DNA of 64,000 nt. Origin: Octopus vulgaris. Its lineage: Eukaryota. Shown piece by piece: positions 14,246-26,844 of this stretch. The stretch covers positions 26,474,001 to 26,538,000 of the forward strand of contig OX597827.1 in the NCBI GenBank assembly GCA_951406725.2, in the 5' to 3' direction. The translations under genes and the position numbers were made by a program. The notes beneath the pieces were generated by a model. The model made no database searches. It was given only the letters and a program-made list of their open reading frames with translations, and was not told the DNA's origin. The first letter of the stretch is position 1, and every line of letters begins with the position of its first letter.

Positions 14246-14829
14246 CACACACACGACTGGTTTCTTTTATCTTCCGTCTATCAAATCCATTCACAAGGCT
14301 TTGGCTGTATCGAAGTTATGGTATAAGACGCTTGCTCACAGTGTCACGCAGTGGGACTGAACACGGAACCATATGGTTGGGAAGTAATATATATATATAT
14401 ATATAATGTATGTATGTATGTGTGCGTGCGTGCGTGCGTGTGCATTTGCATATGTGTATTTGCAGATATCAATATGTTTTTGCGCATCTCAATGCGTTCG
14501 TGTTTGTCGTATTTGAAGTAGAGGTCACCAGTTTAATCTCGAGAAATTTCGATCACGTGGTGTTTTGTAGAATAAACAGTATTTTTCAATTTGCCATGAA
14601 AATGTTCCCGCTGAGAGTCAGAACGGAGAATGGAACAATAATTTCCGACTTTACTTAGTCACGTGATCAGTATTGATTAACATTCTGATTTTCACAATGT
14701 CTATTCTTGTTGTTCGCCTTGCTTTTGTTTGTTATTTTGTTGTTATTTGCAGGTTGTTGTTATTTTTCTTATTTCTGTTTCCTCTCTCTATTTTTGTCTC
14801 TCTCTCTTTCTCTCCATGTATGTATATGC

Positions 14830-14869
<40 letters not shown>

Positions 14870-14928
14870 GTGTGTGTAGGTATATACATGTATGTGTGTA
14901 TATATGCTTATATATATATTATTCATAA

Positions 14929-14963
<35 letters not shown>

Positions 14964-15093
14964 TATACATACATACATACACATATACTTACATATATAC
15001 ATATATACGTTAACATGTAAATGTATATATATATGTATGCATGTATGTATGTATATATGTATATATGTATATGTGTATATATATATATGTATG

Positions 15094-15158
<65 letters not shown>

Positions 15159-15544
15159 ATGAGAGAATATGCTACACAGCTGTGTCTCTATGTGACGATG
15201 AATGACTATTTTAGTACAGTTTTAGATCAGATCTCAGCAGGAATATTAAGTCAACACATTGCTAAACACACCATACATCACTGCCTTATGTGTGGCAATC
15301 TTTCAGAATCGAGTTAGAATGGATTATTTTCCAGCAAGGGGAAATAAATCTACACATGACAGATTTATCACAATTATAGCACATTTTTAGTTATCTTAGA
15401 AACGAAACAGATAAAAGTACAGTCATCAAAATGCGTCCCAAATCTGGTTTTTGAATTTAAATGTATAACACTGTCTTAGAGTAATTTTACCTCTCTTCAA
15501 CTCTAATGTTACCATAGTTTTTTATTATTTTTTTTTTAATGGAA

Positions 15545-15730
15545 AATGGCAGAATTGTTAGGACATTGTACAAAATGCTTAGCAGGATTTCTTCCAGTTT
15601 TACGTTCTAAGTTTAAATTCCGCCACGGTCGACTTAGCCTTTAAACTTTTCGGATCCAGGAAATAAGTACCAGTTAAGTACTGGTGTCGATGTAATCGAC
15701 CAGCTATTCTCCACAAAATTTCCAGCCATT
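15545..15730 (+). mobile_element. SINE family A copy
   Basis: similarity to family consensus. Confidence 0.7.
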
Positions 15731-15859
15731 ACCTCAATTAGATTTCAAGAAAGAAAAAAATCTAAATATTTTTCATATTTGCGTCTGTATGGCTGTGGGG
15801 TTAGGAAGGCTCATTTTTTAAGCGTGCGATTTCGAGTTCAGTTCCATTGCGCATCTCTT

Positions 15860-16193
15860 TAGTGCGGTACTAATTCTAATGGTATCTTTCGTCGAACCGC
15901 CTGATACGCGGCTGTAAACACACCAACACCGGTTGTCAAGAGGTAGTGAGGGACAAAGACAGACACAGAGAAACACAGAAACGCACACATATATGCGTGA
16001 ATTTTATATATATATATATATATATATGTACATACATATAAAAATGACGGACTTTTCTGTTTCCGTTCGTCATATCCCCTACAAAGCATTAGTCGCCTTG
16101 AGGCTAGGATAGAAGACCCTTGCCCAAGGTGCCACACTGTGGGACTGAACTCGGATTTGTGTTGCTAGGAAGCAAACTTCTTACCACACAGCC
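15860..16193 (-). mobile_element. SINE family B copy, diverged
   Basis: reverse complement of head, internal TA tract and partial tail. Confidence 0.75.
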
Positions 16194-16276
<83 letters not shown>

Positions 16277-16324
16277 CAATCATATATATAACACAAACAT
16301 GTATACATATATATACATACACAC

Positions 16325-16368
<44 letters not shown>

Positions 16369-16408
16369 CAATCATATATATAACACAAACATATACATAT
16401 ATATACAT

Positions 16409-16511
<103 letters not shown>

Positions 16512-16632
16512 TAAATTAGAGACAAAACCACTATTAAGCAAATCAAACAATGAAAGACTTAAGCCAATACATATGATCAATTTACATTATTTAAATATGT
16601 AACAAAATTATTAAAAAATATAATTAATATCA

Positions 16633-16693
16633 CACTACGATCGTTTCATGCCTGCTGTCTTCAAATTTTTGAGTCGCAGTCATTCATCAGGTG
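16633..16693 (-). ncRNA. type I hammerhead ribozyme, intact core, in a (TA)n-flanked insert (~16512-16732)
   Basis: minus: CAC-CUGAUGA-AUGaCUGC..(UCAAA-AA-UUUGA)..GCAGgCAU-GAAAC-GAUC-GUA-GUG; stems I, II and III all pair; GUA cleavage triplet. Confidence 0.8.
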
Positions 16694-16744
16694 GTTTAGA
16701 TATTTTTCTTGGCGAGGTTTAAACAATGAACTATATATATATAT

Positions 16745-16961
16745 TACTCTTTTACTCTTTTACTTGTTTCAGTCAAATGACTGCGGCCATGCTGGAGCAC
16801 CGCCTTTAGTCGAGCAAATCGACCCCGGGACTTATTCTTTGTAAGCCCAGTACTTATTCTATCGGTCTCTTTTGCCGAACCGCTATGTGACGGGGATGTA
16901 AACACACCAGCATCGGTTGTCAAGCAATGCTAGGGGGACAAACACAGACACACAAACACAC

Positions 16962-17018
<57 letters not shown>

Positions 17019-17169
17019 TACGACAGACTTCTTTCAGTTTCCGTCTACCAAATCCACTCACAAGGCATTGGTCGGCCCGAGGCTATAGCAGAATACACTT
17101 GCCCAAGATGCCACGCAGTGGAACTGAACCCGGGACCATGTGGTTGGTTAGCAAGCTACTTACCACACA

Positions 17170-17172
<3 letters not shown>
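16745..17172 (-). mobile_element. SINE family B, full length
   Basis: reverse complement of 7143-7612 including internal microsatellite. Confidence 0.9.
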
Positions 17173-17234
<62 letters not shown>

Positions 17235-17271
17235 ATACCTATATAAGTATTCACTCCTGAATATTTGCACC

Positions 17272-17830
17272 TGGTTATTCTATAAAGAATTATGTTGCAT
17301 TTTAACCCCAGGCAAACGTTTTTCCCAACTGGTTAATGACACACAACCTGTATCCGGTATATTGTAGGTAAAGCAGCGAATTATTTCTCTCCAGCTTATA
17401 GAACAGCCATGTTAGGGTAGCAAAAGCACCGTTACCGTCTAGTATTTTTACTACTTATATCTCGTTTAGAGATTTTAGAACTAGCCACTTTACTCATTAC
17501 GAGATCAGCGACTGTGTGTGGTTTCTCTGTTTATATATTGTGAGTATGGACGATTGGCTGCCAACTCAGGCAGGTGTCCGGTACCGATGAAGGGTAAAGA
17601 CCCAGAAAACATGGTCTATTGGTCCTGCCAAGCTGAAGGAAAGTGAATCTCTCACTTACCCTTAATATACCGGAAACATGTGGTGTGTCATTAACCAGCT
17701 GGAAAAGATGTTTTCCAATGGTTAAAAGGTAGTAATATAGTTCTTTATAGAACAGCCATGTTTTACTGGCAAAAAACGCTACCGTCTAATATTGTTACTA
17801 CTTATATCTCATTTAGAGAGTTCAGGACTG
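17272..17830. mobile_element. old foldback / pLTR-like element with diverged inverted (17272-17368 vs 17658-17756) and direct (17395-17483 vs 17743-17831) repeats
   Basis: ctggttaatgacacac..ccggtatatt vs aatataccgg..gtgtgtcattaaccag; tatagaacagccatgtt..ctacttatatctc occurs twice. Confidence 0.6.
17580..17620 (+). ncRNA. type I hammerhead-like motif, CCGAUGA core variant
   Basis: GGUA-CCGAUGA-A-GGGU-AAAG-ACCC-A-GAAAAC-AUG-GUC-UAUU; stem I GGUA/UAUU (2 wobble pairs), stem II 4 bp. Confidence 0.6.
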
Positions 17831-18107
17831 GTTACTTTGCTCATTTTTCTAAACGTTCTCTCATAAATTGTACAAACGATATAAGTGACGGAATGTCTAC
17901 AGGCTCAACCGACATGCTAAAAATGGTAAACAATTGCCATCAAATCAAAATGGGATTAACACAGTGGATGATGTCACAACTACACTATGAATGACAGTCG
18001 ATAGTCACGGTTGGTAAGCCATTCATTTCCAGTTTGCTCGACGAATTAGAAAATTACTATTTTTAAATCTCACATCGAGAGATATTCAGCAACAGCACTT
18101 TGGAGTA

Positions 18108-18341
18108 AAGATTGTTTGCCAACATAACATGGCAGTCCTGGTTTAGGACGAATGTTGCTGTAATTTAGCCCCAGGAGACATGGTCTTCAGCTGGCTACAG
18201 GACACGATCTGTTCCCTTGTTCGAAAATATAAGGACACAGATCATGTCGTATAGCCTGCTGGAGCCGATGTCTCCTCGGGCTAAATTACAGCAATATTCG
18301 TTCTAATCCAGGACTGCCCTGTTATGTTGGCAAACAATCTT
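18108..18341. mobile_element. palindromic foldback MITE flanked by TA
   Basis: aagattgtttgccaacataaca..ggcagtcctgg.. and its inverse span the whole element; TA on both sides. Confidence 0.8.
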
Positions 18342-18430
18342 TACTGCTCGACCAATGTTGACCAGCCTATGACTAAACAACAATAATAACAACTACAAAT
18401 GCACAAGAACCAAACGTGTAACCAATAGGT

Positions 18431-18688
18431 CAATGGTTCACACCCGGGTTCCGTAAGGCCCTCGAGAAGTCCATATACGGTTTTGTTGTTAAAATTTATC
18501 TTCAGTAAATTGGTTATATGTCTACAATGCATGGAAAATTTTAACAATTTTTTCTTAACGATCCCTTACAATAATTAATTATAAAAATGCAATAATTGGT
18601 TTTTAAACTTGGAATGGCTATGAGGGTCCATCCGGGTGAAATATGAATCAAGGAGATCCATAAGAAGAAAAAGGCCTGAGAACCATCG
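18431..18688. mobile_element. degenerate hAT (Charlie-like) MITE
   Basis: termini caatggttcacacc / ggcctgagaaccatcg resemble cagtggttctcaacc TIRs. Confidence 0.5.
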
Positions 18689-19116
18689 TTATAGACGTTT
18701 GCTCGCGCTGCTAGAAATAGTAACTAAAACTTCCTTAAACCACTCACACTCGTCTTAAAAAAGATGAAACAATTTTGGATGATGCAACCTTTGATATACT
18801 ATGTTTAATAAAATGACGGGACAACGGTAGTAGCTAGACATTTCAAATTATGCTTACTTGGAAAAATAGACCTTAATTAACCTTTAACAATGATTCTTTC
18901 ACCAATAGACACAAGGCCTAAATTGTGGAGTAAAAAAGCTGGTCTATTCGTCCATCCCCAGTGCTCAACTAATACTTACTTTATCGACCCCGAAAGGATG
19001 CAAAAGCACAGCTTAATATTTTCTCCCGTGTGTTAATAATACTTCATATTATAAGCACAAGGTCTAGAAATGGGTGGGTATTCGATTACATTGACCCTAT
19101 TATTCAACATTCATCT

Positions 19117-19211
<95 letters not shown>

Positions 19212-19224
19212 CATAATAATAATA

Positions 19225-19441
19225 ATCCTTTCTACTATGGGCAGAAAGCCTGAAATTTGGCGGAAGGGGGCCGGTCGATAACATCGGCTCCAGTGCGTGA
19301 CTGGTCCTAATATTCTGGACCCCGAAAGGATGAAAGGCAAAGTCGACCTCGGTGGAATTTGAACTCAGAACGTAACGGTAGGCGAAATATCGCTAAGCAT
19401 TTCGCCCGGCGTACTAACGATTCTGCCAGCTCGCCGTCTTA
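19225..19441 (-). mobile_element. SINE family A, full length, young
   Basis: complete reverse complement of head to tail, with (ATT)n tail. Confidence 0.9.
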
Positions 19442-19444
19442 ATA

Positions 19445-19520
<76 letters not shown>

Positions 19521-19522
19521 TG

Positions 19523-19610
<88 letters not shown>

Positions 19611-19620
19611 TAATAATAAC
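19441..19620. repeat. (GAT)n/(AAT)n microsatellite
   Basis: direct inspection. Confidence 0.95.
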
Positions 19621-19871
19621 ATCCTTAAACAATCCTTATTCAGGGACCTTTTGAGCAGGATGGGCTACTCGCCCTGAAGAAAATTCTAACTGGGCCCCAC
19701 CTGCAAGGTCATGTGCTGTTTATCCTGATATGACATCACTATGTCGCGCACATATGGTTGTGATGCATGTGCCTAGTGTACCCTTATCAGACGGGTAGTC
19801 ATGATGGGTGTACTGGGCTTCGTATATTTTACCCCAGTGTCACTTTGATGGCATGCACTGCTCTCTCACTC
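19621..19871 (+). mobile_element. non-coding insert in (AAT)n, probable 3' end of a microsatellite-associated retroelement
   Basis: discrete GC-richer block bounded on both sides by (AAT)n. Confidence 0.5.
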
Positions 19872-19890
19872 AATAATAATAATAATAATC

Positions 19891-19948
<58 letters not shown>

Positions 19949-19961
19949 TAATAATAAAAAT

Positions 19962-20425
19962 AAGATAGATGCAAATAGGCCAGATATCATATTGAAAGTC
20001 TGTCAAGTCCTACCAAAACCTGAGCAAATATAAAGATCTTGAAATAGAAATCAGCAAAATGTGGAACCTGAAGACTAAGACAATACCTGTAGTCATAGGT
20101 GCTCTGGGAATGATAGCAAAAGGGGCTGATTGCTACCTAACTCAGATACCAGGAAGCCCCAAAATGGCAGAAATTCAAAACTTAGTGCTCATGGGAACTG
20201 CTCAAATCCTACGCAAAATACTTTCTATGTAATCTCAAGTTTTTAAAAAAACATAATCTCCGTATGGTTTTTTTTTTTAGACATTCACTATTACAACACT
20301 AAATACAAAACCAAATATATGGCACACTAGACATAACAACAACACGAACTTCTAACCTGTTGTCTCTTGAGGTCTCTGGGTGGGACTTGGAGCCAAGTTG
20401 TACAAATATAAAGCAAAAGTGAAAC

Positions 20426-20428
<3 letters not shown>
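19962..20428 (+). pseudogene. 3' fragment of a second R4/Dong-type RLE retrotransposon family (endonuclease + 3' UTR)
   Basis: KIDANRPDIILK / LSKYKDLEIEISKMWNLKTKTIPVVIGALGMI..IQNLVLMGTAQILRKILSM* is homologous to the C-terminus of 20768-22480; internal deletion; bounded by (AAT)n. Confidence 0.85.
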
Positions 20429-20476
<48 letters not shown>

Positions 20477-20488
20477 TAATAATAATAA

Positions 20489-22583
20489 GGATGCCGCAAA
20501 GGATGCCGCAAAGGATGCCGCAAAGGCTCATATGGCTGTAAAGATAAACTAATGATTAATAAAGCCATAACTGAAGACAGCCACAGAAAGAAGAAAGGCC
20601 TCAGTATGGCCTGGATTGACTACAAAAAGGCGTTTGATAGCATCCCCCACACATGGATCCTCGAAACACTAGCCATTAACAAAGTAGCACCAACAATCAT
20701 AAAATTCATAGAGCACTCTATGAATAAATGGCAAACAGTCCTACACCTCTAAACAAAAGAGGGACTCATGAAAACCAAAGACATCCCCATTAGAAGAGGA
20801 ATATTCCAGGGAGATACGCTCTCTCCACTCCTTTTCTGCTTGGCACTGTCACCTCTATCTGATATGCTAAATAGAACTGGATGCGGATATAAATGTTACG
20901 GCAAAACGATCAGCCACCTTTTATATATGGATGACCTAAAACTATACGCTGCAAATGACAAACAGCTGGAAACACTATTAAAGACAGTTCATGGATTTAC
21001 CAAAGAAATAGATATGAAATTTGGATTAGAAAAATGCGCCAAAGTAACCATGAAAAGAGGAAAACTAGTTAAGAGTAACAACATCACACTAGATGAAGCA
21101 AATGAAATAAAAGAATTAGACCAAAGCCAAACTTACAAATACTTAGGAATCCATGAACTAGATAAGACACAACACACACAAATGAAAGAGAAAATAAAAA
21201 AAGAATATTATAGACGAGTTAGATCAATACTAAACACAGAGCTCAATGCTAAAAACAAGATAATAGGTATCAACACTTTAGCTGTCCCAGTTATAAGTTA
21301 CAGCTACAATATCCTTAACTGGACACGAAATGAACTGACCAAAATAGACAGGAAAACAAGAAAAATATTGACAGGATCTAGGATGCATCACCTAAAATCT
21401 GACATAGAAAGACTATATATACAACGTATAGAAGGTGGTAGAGGCCTTATACAGCTGGAAAATTACTATAAAATAACCACCATAGGACTGCAAAAATATC
21501 TACTTCAGAAGGAAGGAAAACTGATCCAGATAGCGGCAAAACACGAGCAAAACAAAAAACTGTTCTCAGTATTTAAGGAAGCTGACAAATACAAACAAGA
21601 AATCATACCACCTAATAAACATGAAGAAGAAGAAGATGAAGAAACAACAAAAGCTATAAAAAAAATGAAATCCAAACTAAAAATAGAACAGCAACGAACC
21701 ATGATAAAACGATGGCAAGAAAAGCCCCTTCATGGTAAATACTGGACTAAACTAAACGCAAAAGAAATAGACAAAGAAAAATCCCAGCAATGGTTGAGAA
21801 GCTCAGGACTCAAAGCAGAAACAGAGGGATTTTTAATTGCAGCACAAGACCAAAGCCTCCCCACCAGAAATTACCAAAAACATGTAATGAAAAGAAATAT
21901 TACAAGTAACTGCAGAATATGTGGAGATGGACAAGAAACAATAAATCATATTATCTCTAGCTGCCCAGTCTTGGCTAAGAAGGAATATATTCACAGACAT
22001 GACAGAGTTGGAACCTACATACATTGGAAGCTATGCCAACATTATGGAATAACAACAGAAAAAAGATGGTATAGGCACACACCAGAAAAGGTCACAGAAA
22101 ACGAGAAAGCAACCATACTCTGGGATATGCCGATACACACAGATAGAGAAATTAAGGCCAACAGACCAGATATAGTTGTCAGAGACCATGAAGATAAAAA
22201 ATGCTTTCTAATTGATGTATCAATACCGGCAGATGACAACGTGTCTCTAAAAGAAATGGAGAACCTCTCAAAATACAAAGACCTGGAAATAGAGGTAACT
22301 AGAATGTGGAATCTGAAAACAGAAACAATTCCTATCATAGTAGGTGCATTAGGCATGATAAAAAAATATTCAGACAAATACATAACAAAAACACCAGGAC
22401 TTACAAACACATATAACATACAGAAAATTGCACTACTAGGCACTGCACACATCCTACGCAGAACACTTTCCATACAATAACCATCAGAGCATCACAACAA
22501 ATCACAGCACATACCCAAGGCACACAGAGCTGCGCTCGGTAGTGAAGTGAAAGCACGCTATAAAAATAAAAATAAAACTACTG
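20489..22583 (+). mobile_element. R4/Dong-type non-LTR retrotransposon (RT + CCHC + restriction-like endonuclease), 5'-truncated, inserted in (AAT)n
   Basis: coding sequence starts mid-RT at GCRKGSYGCKD, ~100-nt 3' UTR, (AAT)n on both flanks; Dong-clade elements are known to target TAA repeats. Confidence 0.9.
20552..22480 (+). pseudogene. RT-RLE ORF remnant with one in-frame stop (20750-20752)
   Basis: ORFs 20552-20752 and 20768-22480 share a frame; motifs DYKKAFDSIPH, GIFQGDTLSPLLF, YMDDLK, CRICGDGQETINHIISSC, RHD, RPDIVV..IDVSIP..KYKDL. Confidence 0.92.
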
Positions 22584-22598
22584 AATAATAATAATAAC

Positions 22599-22649
<51 letters not shown>

Positions 22650-22650
<1 letters not shown>

Positions 22651-23075
22651 GTTTCCAATTTTTCCACAAGGGCAGCAATTTGTGGGAAAGGGATGAGTCG
22701 ATTATATCGACCCCAGTGTTCAACTGGTATTTATGCAATCGACCCCGAAAGGATGAAATGTAAAATCGATCCCGGCAGAACTTGAACTCACAACGTAGCG
22801 ATGTGCGAAATTCTGCTAAGCATTTCTTCCGGCTTGCTAACCATTCCACCAGACTTAATAATAAGTCTGGTGAGCTGACAGGATCGTTAGTACACCGGGC
22901 AAATACTTAGCGGTATTTCGTCCGTCTTCACGTTCTGAGTTCAAATTCCGCCGAGGTCGACTTTGCCTTTCATCATCCCAGGCTCGATAAAATAAATATC
23001 AGTTAAACACTGGGGTCGATTTAATGGACTTAGCCCAGCCTCAAAGCTGCTGGCCTGGCGCCGAAATTAAAAGCC
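22650..23075. mobile_element. two SINE family A copies head-to-head (minus 22650-22855, plus 22866-23075)
   Basis: both match family consensus in opposite orientation. Confidence 0.8.
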
Positions 23076-23741
23076 AATGATAATATCATCAATGAGAATA
23101 AAATTCCGCTTATATTCTGCTGATAATCAATCCTGAAACATAACGAGTGTCAGATCCCCAGGGCACTGCGACGAGGGGTTCGCTGTAGAAACGCTGGTTG
23201 TATATTATGGAAATAAAGTTACTCATTCCAGAACTAAATCGAAAGTCAATAAATCCAGTTTTAAAGAATCAATCAGAAGCACATCTCCACTCACAACTCG
23301 CAGATATATTTCTAAACTTCCATGAAGACTAATATTTTTTTAATGTATTTTCCAACGTTTTATAATCTCAGTTCTTTGTGAATTTGTGAGGAAGTTTTAT
23401 TTCTGCCATTCACAATGATTCCTGTTTCGAAACAACCACAAGCTTCGAGTTTTATTTCTGCGCGTCTTTTTTTTCTTCAAAATAATCTCACATCTACATA
23501 CATACATACAGACCCACCCACATTGTATGTAGATATATACACGCCCACATTACGTACACACGCGCATATATATATATACATATATATATGTGTGTGTGTG
23601 CGTGTGTATATGGTATAATATATTATATATATTATATATATTGTATGTTATATATATAAACATATAATATATATATATATATATACATATACATGCACAA
23701 TCACACACACACATACATATATGTGTATATATATAAACATA

Positions 23742-23794
<53 letters not shown>

Positions 23795-23986
23795 ACATAT
23801 ATGTATATTTATATTGTGTATATATTCTGTATGTATATACACGAATAAATATGGTCTTTAATAATAACATATAATAATACTATGATCATTACCATCATGA
23901 TGACAATGATGATGATGATAATGACGACAACGACGTGGACGAAAATAATAATAATAATAATAACAATAACAACAACAAAAACAATG

Positions 23987-24042
<56 letters not shown>

Positions 24043-24467
24043 CTCAAATCAAACTGCAACCAGAAATAATTTAATAACAACACCAGAATAGTGATATATC
24101 ACTTGGAGAATTTGATTTCGTATAGTTATTTTATTATTTATTCCTCCAAACATATTTTTTTGGTTCTTTTGTTTTCTTTTTTTTTTTTGGAATTGCTGCT
24201 CGATTCCCAGACCTAGCATGCTTCATATTTTCTTAGATGAATAGAATTTCAATTTGACAGATAACTTAAATCCCATATGAAAATAACGCTGAGGCTATCA
24301 CTAACTAAATTTGAATTATGTGTCTACTGCAAGATTTTTCTTGGCGGCTCTTCGCTCTGTTCCCCATTTATTTATTTACATATTTATTTTCTTCTTTTTA
24401 GTGCTGTTGTTTTTCGCTGGAAGATTTTGCCGTCGGTTGGATTTTGTCACATGTATGTCGGTATATA

Positions 24468-24544
<77 letters not shown>

Positions 24545-24546
24545 AC

Positions 24547-24583
<37 letters not shown>

Positions 24584-24643
24584 TAAATATATATACATAT
24601 ATGTATATTTATATCACATACGTATGTATGTGTAGATATATAC

Positions 24644-24701
<58 letters not shown>

Positions 24702-24773
24702 TTATACATATACATACATATGTATATATCATATACAGATGTATGTGTAGATACATATGTACGTGTATATATG

Positions 24774-24804
<31 letters not shown>

Positions 24805-24819
24805 GTATATTTATATATA

Positions 24820-24864
<45 letters not shown>

Positions 24865-25284
24865 TGACATTTAATCTTGGTATTATTACTTAATCTATAG
24901 AAACAGAACCGAAAAAAATATTTCAAGACGAGACATCAAAATAAACACATAAGAAAAATAAAATTATAAATAAATTGATAAATAAATAAATACATAAATA
25001 TGTAAAATGTTTACAATAACTTCAAAAATTTCAATGTATTATAACTATATATGGAAATAGTGAAATCTTTGTTATAGTTTGGAGAAGTGATAAATACATA
25101 TTTTTATAAGTATCGTATAAATGGTAAACAAAATGTTACATAAATACGTGCGAGTGTGTGAGGAGGTGGGTGTGTGTGGGTATGGGGGGTCAGTGTATGT
25201 TTGTGTATGCAGACGGATGGATAGACGCAGAGAGAGGGGGAGAGACAAACTGACAGACAGACATGCAGACAGTCTTTTAGACAG

Positions 25285-25366
25285 ACAGATAGATAGATAA
25301 ATAGATAGATAGATCGCCAGATAGAAATATAGACAAATAGATAGATACACAGATATATAGATAGGG

Positions 25367-25425
<59 letters not shown>

Positions 25426-25452
25426 CAAACAGACAGATAGATAGATAGATAG
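25285..25452. repeat. (ATAG)n microsatellite
   Basis: direct inspection. Confidence 0.9.
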
Positions 25453-25711
25453 GTACAATAAAGATAAATTGTTACGTCATTTTTTAAGTAATGTGACTGG
25501 GGGAATAAACTGGGGGAAGACACATTCTATGGCCTTTGTGTTGTTTGTTGTTTGTTATTTTATCTTTCTTTTTTTATTGTTATGTTTATTTGTATTGTTT
25601 ATTTGGTAAACTTCAGATGTGACACATTGAGATCTATTAGTTTTATCGATTTTCAAAGAAGGACAAAAGCGGCTCTATCTCTTTAACTCAACAAGGTTTA
25701 GTTGATTAATT

Positions 25712-25757
<46 letters not shown>

Positions 25758-26028
25758 CATACATGCACAGGCACATATGTACTCATACACGAACATACGG
25801 ACACATGCGCACGCGCTCACACACACGCACACAGACACACAGACACACAGACGCGCGCGTGCAAACATATATATAAGTCTGGAAACCAATGCCAGTGAGA
25901 AGTTAGACAAACATGTTGGTTGATGCCAATAAATATGTATACAACACACACACGCACACCTACACACACACACATATATATATATACACAGTCAAAAATT
26001 GTGAAGCATGACTGTCAACACTACTACA

Positions 26029-26073
26029 TGAACCCGAAGATTGCAGAATTCAATGCATGAAAGTACTAGTTCA
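26029..26073 (+). ncRNA. minimal type I hammerhead ribozyme, CCGAAGA core variant, palindromic stem III
   Basis: UGAAC-CCGAAGA-U-UGCA-GAAUUCAA-UGCA-U-GAAA-GUAC-UA-GUUCA; stem I 5 bp perfect; AGUACU palindrome; CUA triplet. Confidence 0.72.
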
Positions 26074-26432
26074 ATCAGAATGAATATTTAACATTCTACT
26101 ATTTCATTTTATTTTATTCAATTATAATATATTATCTTATAATATATCATTATAAGATTGTAAATAAAACGTGAAAATCAGACAAGGTTGGAATTCTTTT
26201 TATTAATATATTCTTCTATACACAATTACACACACCCATATATATATATATCTATATATATACATATATACATGTGTGAGAATATATTTATATATATACA
26301 TATATATGTACGTATGTATGCATATATACATATTTATGTGCATGTGTTCATATACATACACACACACACCGTGTGTACCGTTGGCGATTTTTTTCCTCTG
26401 TCTTCCCCTCTCTGGATCTTTCCTTCTCCTAT

Positions 26433-26467
26433 GTTTCCGACGAAGAGCTCCGCTCGAAACGTTAAAC
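26433..26467 (+). ncRNA. minimal type I hammerhead ribozyme, CCGACGA core variant, in microsatellite-flanked insert ~26369-26576
   Basis: GUUU-CCGACGA-A-GAGC-UCC-GCUC-GAAAC-GUU-AAAC; palindromic ACGU stem III typical of dimeric Penelope-associated hammerheads. Confidence 0.75.
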
Positions 26468-26572
26468 CCTCCTTCTTCTTTTCTTTCCTGAGCGTCCAAT
26501 AGTACTATATTTGTTCCATTTCCTCGCGTTGTTGTGTTTTTTTCCTGTTTTCTTGTTTGGATTAACTTTATA

Positions 26573-26631
<59 letters not shown>

Positions 26632-26642
26632 ATAATAAATCT

Positions 26643-26674
26643 CTGAGCGAGAGGCGACTACCTCGAAACCGGTC
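26643..26674 (+). ncRNA. hammerhead-like core with 1-nt insertion (CUGAGCGA)
   Basis: CUGAGCGA-GAGG-CGACUA-CCUC-GAAAC-CG-GUC; stem II and palindromic stem III (ACCGGU) are good, no stem I found. Confidence 0.45.
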
Positions 26675-26844
26675 CGTGTGTAGCATCCGTATCTTCGGGG
26701 GCTGATCTCCCTTTGCAGGCTAGCAAGGACACCGTGATGGTGTCGGCTCTTCTGGTGACGTCTATAGTCGCCTGGGACTAAATGCATCAGTAACACCCCC
26801 ACCATCCCGCCCTGTCCCTAGCCACATTCAGATGGCTGATCCCG

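Noticed and set aside
21505-22473. Minus-strand ORFs overlapping the retrotransposon
   Set aside because: Antisense shadow frames of the RT-RLE ORF
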